From positions 29,264,001-29,328,000 of the forward strand of contig OZ076415.1 in the NCBI GenBank assembly GCA_964187785.1: a stretch of 64,000 bases of DNA, in the 5' to 3' direction. Source of the stretch: Amphiscolops sp. MND2022. Taxonomy: Eukaryota. Shown here one piece after another: positions 25,401 through 37,400 of this stretch. The translations under genes and the position numbers were made by a program. How positions within the stretch are numbered: the stretch's first letter is position 1; every line of letters starts with the position of its first letter. The notes under the pieces were generated by a model. The model was given only the letters and a program-made list of their open reading frames with translations, was not told the DNA's origin and searched no databases.

Positions 25401-28400
25401 TTATTTTTACGTGTTTTATACAAAATTTTGTAAACTTTACTTTTGCAGTGAACCCCTCATTTAAATCTTGTCTAATTATTCTGAGCCCTCACTTACTTAC
25501 GTTCATGCCCAATTAACTAGAGCTTATCCAAAGCCTGCTATAATTAACTGCAGATTTTGAGTTCCTACAAGTTTAAAACTGGAATCTTAATCTTGTTCTT
25601 TCGAACCCGTTTATTCTTGTTCATTCTGTTTATTAATATTGTTTAACAATAAGAAAAATCTGAACACAAAATTGTCAATCTAACGAGCAGTAGCCAACCG
25701 AAGAAGAATCAAACTCAGATCTTTAACTCAGCCGCCCATAGCCCGCCCAAAATGTTAGTTTGCTAAATTTGTGAAAGTGTTTTTACTTTGTTTCAACTCT
25801 TAAGCCTAACTTCATTTTAGATTTAAATTCTCCAAAAAGTTAAAATACGTTTTTCCTTTCACTCAAGATATCCCTTCTACGACAGTCTTAAAGCCTAAGT
25901 AATTTTAAATTACTGAATTCCAAATTACCTTAACGGTCAGCGAACCCGAACAAAGAAAATAAAACAATTTCACAAACAAGACCATTAAAAAATGTTGACA
26001 GGAGTGGGATGGATATCTTGAGTGAAAGGAAAAACCTATTTTAGCTTTTTGGGGAAGAATTAAATTAAAAATGAAAGAAAATAGTTAGATGGAACAAAGT
26101 AAAAACACTTACAAACTTTTTCCGTGTAGTCATCACTTTGCACGTTTCCGTGCCCTTTCCGCACGTTTCAGTGTTGTGCACATTATACGCATGTGTCCGT
26201 GCCCAATTCATGTCCATACTTATGTGACCAGCCTCCAAACAAAAAAAGAGGACTTATCTCTTGAAAGTAAAGCTTTTATCACTTTGTAGCTCTAAACCTC
26301 ACTTTACTAATACAGTTGTCAAGCCCCCCTAAACTATAACAAACCCTGAAACTGGCTTTAATCTTTTGTTTTGTTTCAGGTTTCCAGCCAAGCGCCGTGG
26401 GAGCGAGTCTGTAAACATCTTCTGGAAAGATCGCGTCAATTACCCCCGGCGACACTGCACCGATGCTAGATGAACGAGACTGTACAATCTTAAGGGCCAA
26501 CCCCCACAGCGGAACTGTAGTCTTAAGAAGAGTGTATGCCACCCCCAATCAGCGTAGTTTCATGCGCCCGTCAACGGCAAATGGTGTGTTGCCCCGGCTA
26601 CCCAGGATGCCTGCCTCATGGTTGATGAACCAACACCCAACTGTCTCTGCGAGCCAACTCCTCCACGTGTCTGGCCGGATACCAACGACACCGGCACCCA
26701 ATGCTGTGTCGACACTGATGAGCACACGACATTCGTAACAAAACGCTTTGACAATGTTGCCACACTAAACCAAGCGTTTGATGATGCCCTACGAAAAACT
26801 TCGTTGACAATGGACGTTCTCTGCGAACATCTGGAGGAGACCAAAGCGTTAGCAGCCAATGATGAGCTGAAGAACAGCCTGTCCGCACATACCATGGAAA
26901 ACCAGTCCTTACTGAAACGGATTTTTGAACTGACAGAGGAACTCGCAACGCTGAAAAACTTAGCCACAGCTCATCGTCAACTCCCTGTGTTCTGTAGCGG
27001 ATGCTCGCACATCATCTTACTAAATTGCCTTTACAATCGTTGCGACCCCTTCCTGCGGAATTTACATGAGTTTATGGACTTATAATTGCGAGAGGCAATT
27101 CTACAAAAGAGGAGATGGTGTGACAGTCACTGCAAGCAGTGACAGGAAAACAAGAGACGGCCCCTTCGTGAACAAAAGCCTGGTGTACCAGAACAAAAAA
27201 AAACAAGAAAGCACTTAAAATAATTCATGTTTGTAAGTTACGTACAATTTAGCTTATTTCAAAGTTACACAATTACAGTCATTTTTACAACGTGTTTTAT
27301 ACAGTATTTTGTAATCTTTACTTTTGCAGTGAACCCCTCATTTAAATCTTGTCTAAGCATTTACTTACGTTCAGGCCCAATTATCTAGAGCTTATCTAAA
27401 GCCTGCTATATTTAACTGCAGATTTTGAGTTCCTACGAGTTTAAAACTGGAATCTTAATCTTGTTCTTTCGAACCCGTTTATTCTTGTTCATTCTGTTTA
27501 TTAATATTGTTTAACAATAAGAAAAATCTGAACACAACAAAATTGTCAATCTACCGAGCAGTAGCCAGCCGAAGAAGAATCAAACTCAGATCTTTAATTC
27601 AGCCGCCCATAGCCCGCCCAAAATGTTAGTTTGCTAAATTTGTGAACGTGTTTTTACTTTGTTTCAACTCTTAACCCTAACTTCATTTTAGATTTAAATT
27701 CTCCAAAAAGTTAAAATACGTTTTTCCTTTCACTCAAGATATCCCTTCTACGACAGTCTTAAAGCCTAAGTAATTTTAAATTACTGAATTCCAAATTACC
27801 TTAACGGTCAGCGAACCCGAACAAAGAAAATAAAACAATTTCACAAACAAGACCATTAAAAAATGTTGACGGGAGTGGGATGGATATCTTGAGTGAAAGG
27901 AAAAACCTATTTTAGCTTTTTGGGGAAGAGTTAGATGGAACAAAGTAAAAACACTTACAAACTTTTCCGTGTAGTCATCACTTTGCACGGTTCCGTGCCC
28001 TTTGCCCTTTCTACACGTTTCCGTGTTGTGCACATTATACGCACGTGTCCGTGCCCAATTCATGTCCATACTTATGTGACCAGCCTCCAAACAAAAAAAG
28101 AGAGGACTTATCACTTGAAAGTAAAGCTTTTATCACCTTGTAGCTCTAACCCTCACTTTACCATACAGTCATCAAGACCCCCTAAACTATAAAAAACCCT
28201 GAAACTGGCTTTAATCTTGTTTTGTTTCAGGTTTCCAGTCAAGTGCCGTGGGAGCCAGTCTGTAAACATGTTCTGGAAAGATCGCGTCAATTACCCCCGG
28301 CGACACTGCACCGATGCTGGATGAACGAGAGTGTACAATCATAAGGGTCACCCCACAGCGGAACTAGTCTTAAGTGTATGCCACCCCCAATCAGCGTAGT

Positions 28401-31400
28401 TTTATGCGCCCGTCAACGGCAAATTGTGTGTTGCCACGGCTACCCAGGATGCCTGCCTCATGGTTGATGAACCAACACCCAACTGTCTCTGCGAGCCAAC
28501 TCCTCCACGTGTCTGGCCGGATACCAACGACACCGGCACCCAATGCTGTGTCGAAACTGATGAGCATACGGCATTCGTAACAAAACGCTTTGACAGTATT
28601 GCCACACTAAACCAAGCGTTTGATGATGCCCTACGAAAAACTTCGTTGACAATGGACGTTCTTTGCGAACATCTGGAGCAGACCAAAGCGTTAGCACCCA
28701 ATGATGAGCTGAAGAACAGCCTGTCCGCACATACCATGGAAAACCAGCCCTTACTGAAACGGATTTTTGAACTGACAGAGGAACTCGCAACGCTGAAAAA
28801 CTTAGCCACAGCTCATCGTCAACTCCCTGTGTTCTGTAGCGGATGCTCGCACATCATCTTACTAAATTGCCTTTACAATCGTTGCGACCCCTTCCTGCGG
28901 AATTTACATGAGTTTATGGACTTATAATTGCGAGAGGCAATTCTACAAAAGAGGAGATGGTGTGACAGTCACTGCAAGCAGTGACAGGAAAACAAGAGAC
29001 GGCCCCTTCGTGAACAAAAGCCTGGTGTACCAGAACAAAAAAAAAAGAAAGCACTTAAAATAATTCATGTTTGTAAGTTACGTACAATTTAGCTTATTTC
29101 AAAGTTACACAATTACAGTCATTTTTACAACGTGTTTGATACAGTATTTTGTAATCTTTACTTTTGCAGTGAACCCCTCATTTAAATCTTGTCTAAGCTT
29201 TTACTTACGTTCAGGCCCAATTATCTAGAGCTTATCTAAAGCCTGCTATATTTAACTGCAGATTTTGAGTTCCTACGAGTTTAAAACTGGAATCTTAATC
29301 TTGTTCTTTCGAACCCGTTTATTCTTGTTCATTCTGTTTATTAATATTGTTTAACAATAAGAAAAATCTGAACACAACAAAATTGTCAATCTACCGAGCA
29401 GTAGCCAACCGAAAAAGAATCAAACTCAGATCTTTAACTCAGCCGCCCATAGCCCGCCCAAAATGTTAGTTTGCTAAATTTGTGAAAGTGTTTTTACTTT
29501 GTTTCAACTCTTAATCCCAACTTCATTTCAAATTTAAATTCTTCTCCAAAAAGTTAAAATACGTTTTTCCTCTCACTCAAGATATCCCTTCTACGACAGT
29601 CTTAAAGCCTAAGTAATTTTGACTGAAATAATGTATCTTATAGAAATAAATCAATTTAGTTCTATGATATGAAAAATGAATTTTATTTCTCAGATTCAAA
29701 AAAAAACAAACTTTATGGGGAATGGTTCAAAAATGAATCTTTTATCGATATAAATTTTACCATTTTGGATAATTATTTTGGACCATGTCATCTATTCCCC
29801 CCTCAAACTGCTATTTTCATTTCACTTAGTCTATATCGGAAAGTTCAGAGTTTGGGACTCAAGAAACTTTACTACGAAGACAAGAACTTGAAAAAATTCA
29901 TTCGAAACACTTTGTCTGTGGGTTTTTCGCCCTTATGTCAGATGGGTCCGAAGATGGGGGACCTTTGTGATTTGCAAACGACAACCGAATTACTACAAAA
30001 ATAACCAGCAATAGAAGTACTTCTGAAGTATTTTTTATAACTTTTGGTTTATTACGACACCCCCGAAATGTGGAATGTATGGGACAGGCTATAAACATTG
30101 CGTACCACCAATGCCATTGAGAGCTGGAATGCTGCTTGGAAAAAAGTGCAGCGAACAAAGTCAAATATTTGAATGGCGATAGGATTTCTGAAGTGCGAAG
30201 AAACTCATGATAAATGCCACCCTTGGGGACATCGAGAGGGAGGAGCGCTTCCGGCAAATCGTCGAAAATGGCGTGATTTGAATGAAAACGTTACCGTTTT
30301 GAGAAATGAGCTCTCTGGTAAACGAACTTTAGATGAGTATTGGTTATCGATTTTTTCCGTATGTGCGGAAAGGAAATTAAAATTTTTGATTTGATTCATT
30401 TGACTTTTGTTTTGGTTCATTTCATTTGATTTGTAATTCTTTTGATTTGATTCATTTGACTCGTTCAAAAATAACAATAACTGATTATTTTATTACTCTT
30501 TGATATTACTCTTGGTCATTTCAGGCACTTATCAGGAGTTTTCAAAAGTTTTTCGAGAAAAACAAAATGCATCTCCCATTGAGCGACTCGGTCAAGTACT
30601 AATTGGGGGACGTACAGCGACAAGGCCTTATCACGGCGCTAGCAACCCTGTCAGCTAGCAACGATGCTCACCTTTACTCTATTTAGTGCAAGCCTATTTT
30701 ATTTTCAATATTTTTTAACCTTCAAGCTAGAAAGAAGTATTAAGCACAAAAACAGCCAACATTTCTTTTCGACTTCCAATAATTCTCCAGAACATTTTTT
30801 ATTTACCTGAACCCATTTTATGGTAAAATTTTGCTTGAAATTCTCCGAACGCAACAAATTTGCTTCCATAGTTTCCAGGATAAAATGCATAAATCATACA
30901 TGAATTATGGGATACGCTGTGTACACGATCCATCAATCAACAGGTAGTAACAATTTTCGGCGCAATCAATAGTTTAATAAATTTCGACGCTTTGAATACT
31001 TTGGAACTTTTCGACGCTTTGAATACTTTGGAATTTTTCGACGCTTTGAAACACGCTCTTTACTGACTATGAAAACTCAGGGCAATCACAGACTTTTACC
31101 TAGACGTGAACGAGAGCAATCCAAAATCGCTGAAAATTTTAACTACCTCGATCAGTGGTAGCAATCAAAAAGATTGAAAACTGGAGAGTGGAAATAACTA
31201 GACAAACTGAAACACTCGATCAATGTTATTGACTTTTTTCTCCGCCTCTGGTTAACATTTTCAACAGAATGAGTGACAGTGAAATACTTTTCCAGGCAGG
31301 GTTCGGAAAAAAAACAAGATTCTGTAAAAATTATGTTTTAAACGTTTTAAACAAACATTGCTTGTCAAAAACATGTCAAAAACTCGAAATCTTAATTTGA

Positions 31401-34400
31401 ATTCATAAACACAAAAATCTGAAACATCTAACATTTGAAACTCTCGACTGAAAAACACTGCAAAAGTCTGAGACAAAACGCCAATGATCTTTCATTCTCT
31501 CCACAACTACCGCTTTTTGCCAGGGACAATGTTTGCATTTAGCTCTCTTATCATCTGATCGTTCAAATTCGAGCCAAATTGCATCTCGTTTTCTTCCAGT
31601 AATAACAATTGGAGATGCCATTCGTATGTGAAAAAGACAAACGTTAAATTTCAGCTATGTTTAAAACGTGTTTGAAACAACCTCTGTTTTAAACATGCGA
31701 ACCCTGCTTCCAGGCTAGCCATAATCAACCATATCCCAAAAGTTAGAGTCTTTCAAAAAACCAATTTACAACTTTTGATCGGTAGCTATCTGAAAGATGG
31801 CTGAAAGATTTAGCACCACACCCGTTGTGCTTCCAATGTAGCGATGCCTTCGAAATATTCAACCATTTATTGTTTGCATGTCCAGCCTTATTAAACATTA
31901 TTATAACTGCCTATTTCCATTGACATACTACCCCACCTCCAGTGTTTCCGATACTGTGGGGGTCACCATCAATTTGAAAATCCGAATGACGGTGATAAAA
32001 TTCTTGCCGGGAGGCCTTGATTACGAAGATAATCGAAAAGATACTGATGCTGAAAAGTTTGGACAAAATTTGAAAGACACTTCCCAAGACCTGGCACAAA
32101 AAACTGACTTTTTAGGGCGGATGAATGAATTCACGCGGGTGATTACTAAAAACGTTTCGAGGGGAACTTCTGCAAAACGACTGCGAAAATGGAGTGCTGA
32201 TTTGTGGAACTGAACACTCGTTCACCTGGCTAAACTAGCTCTAAAGATAACAATTTGAAAAAAAAATTGGCCGAAAAAATGTTGACGGCAGGGTTGGCCA
32301 AAATAAAACATGGGTGTTTTAAAACACTGTTTCATTTTGAATAAAATACAATCCCATCAAAGGTTTTTCATTTCATTTAGATGTAATCGTTGTAGACAGA
32401 CAAGTAGGCGTCTAAAATGAGCAAATTAATGAATTGTCAAGTGAAAATGAAAATCTATCTCGAAGGATTACTGAAATTGGCACTCGAAATGGCATGTCTA
32501 GTCCATCCACTCTGATCTTCGCAACAGGCTTGGAGTTCAGAAAGTTGAAAAACTTACTTTTGTGATGTGATATTTGAATGATATTGAATAAGATCATTCT
32601 TTCAAGCTTGTTTTTCTTTGTCCGAGGGAATTTTAAACATGTTTTAAAACGTTTGTTTTGTTTAAAATTAATTTAAAACATGAGAATGGCCAACCCTGGT
32701 TGACGGGTTACATTACTACTATAGCTTCAGTAGTTTTTAAAACACACCCGTTAAATCAGTGACGAAGTTATATTTTTTCTGCGATTGACAATTAACTTGG
32801 ATTGAAAACTAAATTGAAATTCCAGAAAGAGACACTCAACAAAACGTTCTGAACTGCCATGAACAAAACATTCGAGCTGATGTATGAGAAACCTACTGTA
32901 TGAGAAACCTGATGATATCAAATGCAGGGTGGGATCAATTGTCATGACGACGCACGCGTGCGGTGGTATTTCCAGCTACATCAGATGATATCAGAAGGAA
33001 TCTGTTCAAGAGCTTGGAAGCCACACAATGACAACTCACGAAAGGTTAGAAGCTCTCACTTTGAATACGGAGGTTCGAATCCCGGGCTCCAGAACCAAAA
33101 CACCAGAACCATCATTCAATGTTCATTGATATCAAGAGGGCAACCGCCAGAGCTAATATTACAAGGGCCATGGAAAGAAGTTTATTTTTCCAATTCCGCA
33201 GAGTGGACGCCGAATAAGCAGTTCTGCTTTTCTAAATCAGCGCCCTTTCGGATACTATCTCCCTATAACAAGCAATGGTACCATATTGGCAGCCAAGTTG
33301 TCAAGTAATGGTGAACTTGAAGCTGTGGGTTCAAAGTGACTTGCTCAAGGTCACAAAGGTTTGACTGCTCACCGTTGCTTTTTATTTTTGCTTTTCTCCG
33401 CCAAATGCGTTATTTTTTTGTCACTGACCATATCACTAAGCTAGGGATGGAGGACTTGCTTAAGGGCCAATAATGGCGAGTTGAGAGAGATTCGAACCTG
33501 TTACCGCCCCAGTACAGGACGGATGCTCTAACCACTACACCATGCTCCCCCGGAAAACGAGTGACCAGAAACCTTCAGCGAAACATCCAAAGTAGGACGT
33601 ACTGCCTATCTTTCCCAAGACAGAAAAGGTCATTTTATTTTGAATGCACGCTGCCCGAGTTAGAAGATAAATGCAAAGTTATCGAAGAGTTTTGAAGCCT
33701 GGGTTAGTTATGAAAGAAGATCAAGGATGGCTGTCAAAAAAGAGTTTTCGAACAGTAATACCGGATGCATTTTACATCTATCATATTACAGCAATTTGAC
33801 TACCCGTGTTTTGATTAATTTGATTACGGTTCATAATAAACGAGCGAATAGCCAAAAAACTTTTGCATTAAGGCAAAGTTTAACTGGACGAACCTTAGAC
33901 GTAACCCCAGAGCTTTATTGAACCAGTGAAAAGTTGGGTATTGTTTCAACTGAGAAAAGCAAAACTTAAATAGATCTAATCAGCAACGGGTAACGCAAAA
34001 CTGAAAACTCAAACGACGAAGAATGATTTATCGGATGCCTGCACATCATTTCAATGACGTAATGAAACCTCATAGACTGGACTTTCCGGTTCCAAACATG
34101 TTGACGCTTGTCTTAATAATTTGTTACATATGAAAACTTTGCGCATGTGAAAATTAAATCGGATAGAATCGATATCGAAAAACGCAATACAACTCATGTC
34201 GGATCACGTAAATAACTTCTAAATAAATAAGTTCTAAAATTATATTAGTAAATAACTTCTAAATAAATAAGTTCTAAAATTATATTAGTAAATAACTTCT
34301 AAAATGCATTTGCGTCTGGTAACTTCTGAAATCATTCTAGTAAAGATTGCTATTCATTCTTCCGAAAATAAATTAACCGTTCCATTATTCCGAAAATAAA

Positions 34401-37400
34401 CTTACCGTTCTATTATTCCGAAAACTGTTATTTGAAAAGATTAGCATATTTGTTGTATGGCTCGTCCCGTCGCTTCGCTCCCTTCGCCAAGTAGCAACAT
34501 TGAGGCATGGCCATATGGCACGTCGCTCCGCTTCGCTTCGCTCCTGCATTTAGGGCACTAGGGGTATGTGAACATAGCTAACGACGTTATAGAAATAATT
34601 ACGTCAAAATAGCTGTTTGGAAGTTATTTACTAGATGCCATTGCAATTTAGAAGTTATTTACTAAAATAATTTTAGAACTTATTTATTTAGAAGTTGTTT
34701 ACTATATTAATTAGAAGTTATTTATTTAGAAGTTATTTACTTCCCCCCTCATGTCCACCATCCAGCAAAAACATGGGTCAAACTACGAAAGTAGGGGCGT
34801 CAATTGAACAAGCTAGAGGTATGCAAAGATTATAAGCAAGACGAAAACTCTTACCCCAAACTGAGAAGAAATGAAAAGCTTTCGGAGAAAATTAATTCCA
34901 GATTGATACAGAAAAGAGAATTCCTATCCAGCAGAAAAACCAGCCTAGAACAAAAGCATGAGCCCGTTCAATTAACAAAAGTTTTTCCAGCCACGAAAAA
35001 ATTCGATGACAAAAAGTAACCAGTAAATTAGTGCTCAAGCTTTGCAAGCCCCCCACGATCGTGGCCGATAACAGGCATCGATATCAACTATTTAGAGTTT
35101 TTAAAGTTCAAGTGTCTTCTACCGTCGCGTTTGGAAATTCTGAGCTTGAAGATCAAATTACAACTCATGTTTGTTTTGAGTGAGAAAATTGAAAAATATT
35201 TCGATGACGCAGTTAATCGGTTAAAAGATTGCATTGATTTTTTGGATGATTAGGCGTGAAGAATCTTCAGGTTGATCTCAATCAATCGTGTGAGGAGCAG
35301 CTTGAAGATTTTCACTTACCAGTAGTTCTAACTGTATTCAAGGAAAATGATCGAATCAAACAATTAGGATAAAGAGAAAATCTCGAAAATTTTGTATATA
35401 CGCAAAAAACAACTACACAATTAAAACAATACACAATTAAACTATATCCATGCAACCTGAAGCGGTAAGACGTTTTTCATTTATTGATGTGAATGATGTC
35501 AAATATATCAGCCGGTTTAGGAATATGACAAACATTTGCACTATCCAAATGCTGACACAGAAGTGTAGGCTTTACTAACTTCCAGTGTTTTCAAACAGAA
35601 CTTTGTCGTTCAGACCCAGTCGCAGCTCAGGCATTCCACTCAAGAAAACTCTCATTTTGATTGCACCAACAATTTCACTCCTTAGAACTGTTCCAGAAGC
35701 ATTGACCTAAACAACATTGAGCTTCGTGCAGCAGTATTATAGACATTGAGATTTCGGTTTAGAACTGCTATTGCAGTGGATCCCGGTTATAGTGAACTCG
35801 GTTATAGTAGGATCCTGCTTATAGTTTATAGTGAACGCATAGCGCGGTCCCGATTATTTGCTTACTAGTAGCAGCTTAGCCCGCTTATAGCGAATTCCGG
35901 ATATAGTGAACAGCGGTGAGCGGTCCCCAGAGTTTCACTATAACCGGGATCCACTGTACCGCTGTGATTTTCTGGTGGTCGATGCTTAAAAAGTGTCTAT
36001 TGGAATAAGGGCTACCGTTTTCTATTCCCAAATGACCAGAACATCGACGCTTAAATGAGACGCAATTTTGTATTCAACTTTTTCTGCGAACCAAATTCTC
36101 AATGTCAACCGGAAGGCATAATCTATTAGGTTGGAAATTAAAATTTCTGAACTCAAGCAGAGAAATCCATCTTAAGTAAACATTTTAATCACTTTTTGAT
36201 CGAACAAGATTTCAACAGTGCAAAACAAAACGACGAATAGAAATGTCAACTAACCAGCAGGTTGACCGATTCAATGACATCGAGAAAAACTTCGTTTTTG
36301 CGGTATTTGACGCCTTCCAGCCTCCAGGAGACAGCGTTTGTGACTGCGGGAGGAGGCCTCGGTGCTATTTCCAGCTTCTGGCCCTCCTGGGTAATATACT
36401 CTTGGAGAATTTTACTGTCTGTGAACTGAGGATACCCAAAGTCCACAATCTCATCCAAAAGTTCATACACAACGACGAAGTTGTCACGGATACTCTCTTC
36501 TTCGAGCTCTTTGAAGTACTCTTGGAATATCTGCGAGAAAAATTTGCATTTTATTGTGGCGTTCTATCTCTCGTTTTGAAAGCGAAATGGGTGGACAAAG
36601 AAATACAAACATTTTCCTCGTTGTTAATGTCACATAATATTCCGTTGGAAGGAAGGAATTCAACAAACCTTCAAGCGATTATCTCTACGAAAAGGATGAT
36701 GTTTCAAAAGCCAGGCTGGCAGCAAAATTGACTGTTTCGCAGACTTTCTAATACTTAAAATTAGTTTCATCCATAAATAAAGAATTCGCCACTAACCCTG
36801 ACAAGTTTGTGGAGAAATGCAAAAACAAGGGATGCATTTGGGTTATTTTTTCCGATGGCAACCACTAACAGAGGAATTGCTTCTTTTTGTGAAAACTATT
36901 TCAAGGCAACATTTGGATCGATTTCTATCAAAATGTTGAGAGTCATGAGAAAGACCGCAGTCAATGTCCATTATAACTTCGTTGAGACTCAGCAACTTTA
37001 GCCAGATTTCACCTCAAATGTAGTAAAAAAATAAATACGATTTTAACTCTTCAATTTCTTTTACAAACAACTGTCACAGATGGCTGGCTGGTGATAAAAT
37101 TAGGGAATACCGCTTTGCCAATGAGTTACCTGTCAATTCACACGGGGTTGGATTTTCAGATACGGGGACCAAAATTTTGGTTTACATGCAAAAAAGCCTG
37201 CACGAATCACTCATAGATCAGACGTTTAAAGATGGCTGAACAATACTTATTCAACTGCAAAAAAAAATGAAAAAGGATATCATTACAAAAATGTTTTAGG
37301 ACAAAATTTAATTTTCAAGAACCGCAAAAATGCAAAAAGAATATTCTGCTTTGAAAACATTCGAATCTGACAGTATAGGCTTCGTTACTTGCTTATAAAA

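Larger units (their letters stand above)
23140..29620 (+). repeat. Tandem array of a ~1.84-kb unit carrying an orphan ORF and a foldback
   Basis: The ORF stop recurs at 27085 and 28927 (1842-bp period); there are partial units at both ends, with truncation at ~29620. Confidence 0.92.

Noticed and set aside
23140-29620. Spliced-leader RNA or snRNA gene array
   Set aside because: No convincing leader-donor plus Sm-site arrangement or known snRNA sequence was found by eye.
33474-33551. Functional tRNA-Thr(TGT)
   Set aside because: The anticodon and acceptor stems are mispaired, there is no terminator, and it runs into a SINE body.
34205-34745. CRISPR-like repeat array (AAATAACTTCTA units)
   Set aside because: There are no unique spacers; the units are inverted subterminal repeats of a MITE with an 8-bp TSD in a eukaryotic intron.
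36243-36731. + strand 162-aa ORF (also 12972-13271, 35xxx shadows and 2316-2762)
   Set aside because: These are antisense shadows of AP1M1 or LYSET coding exons.
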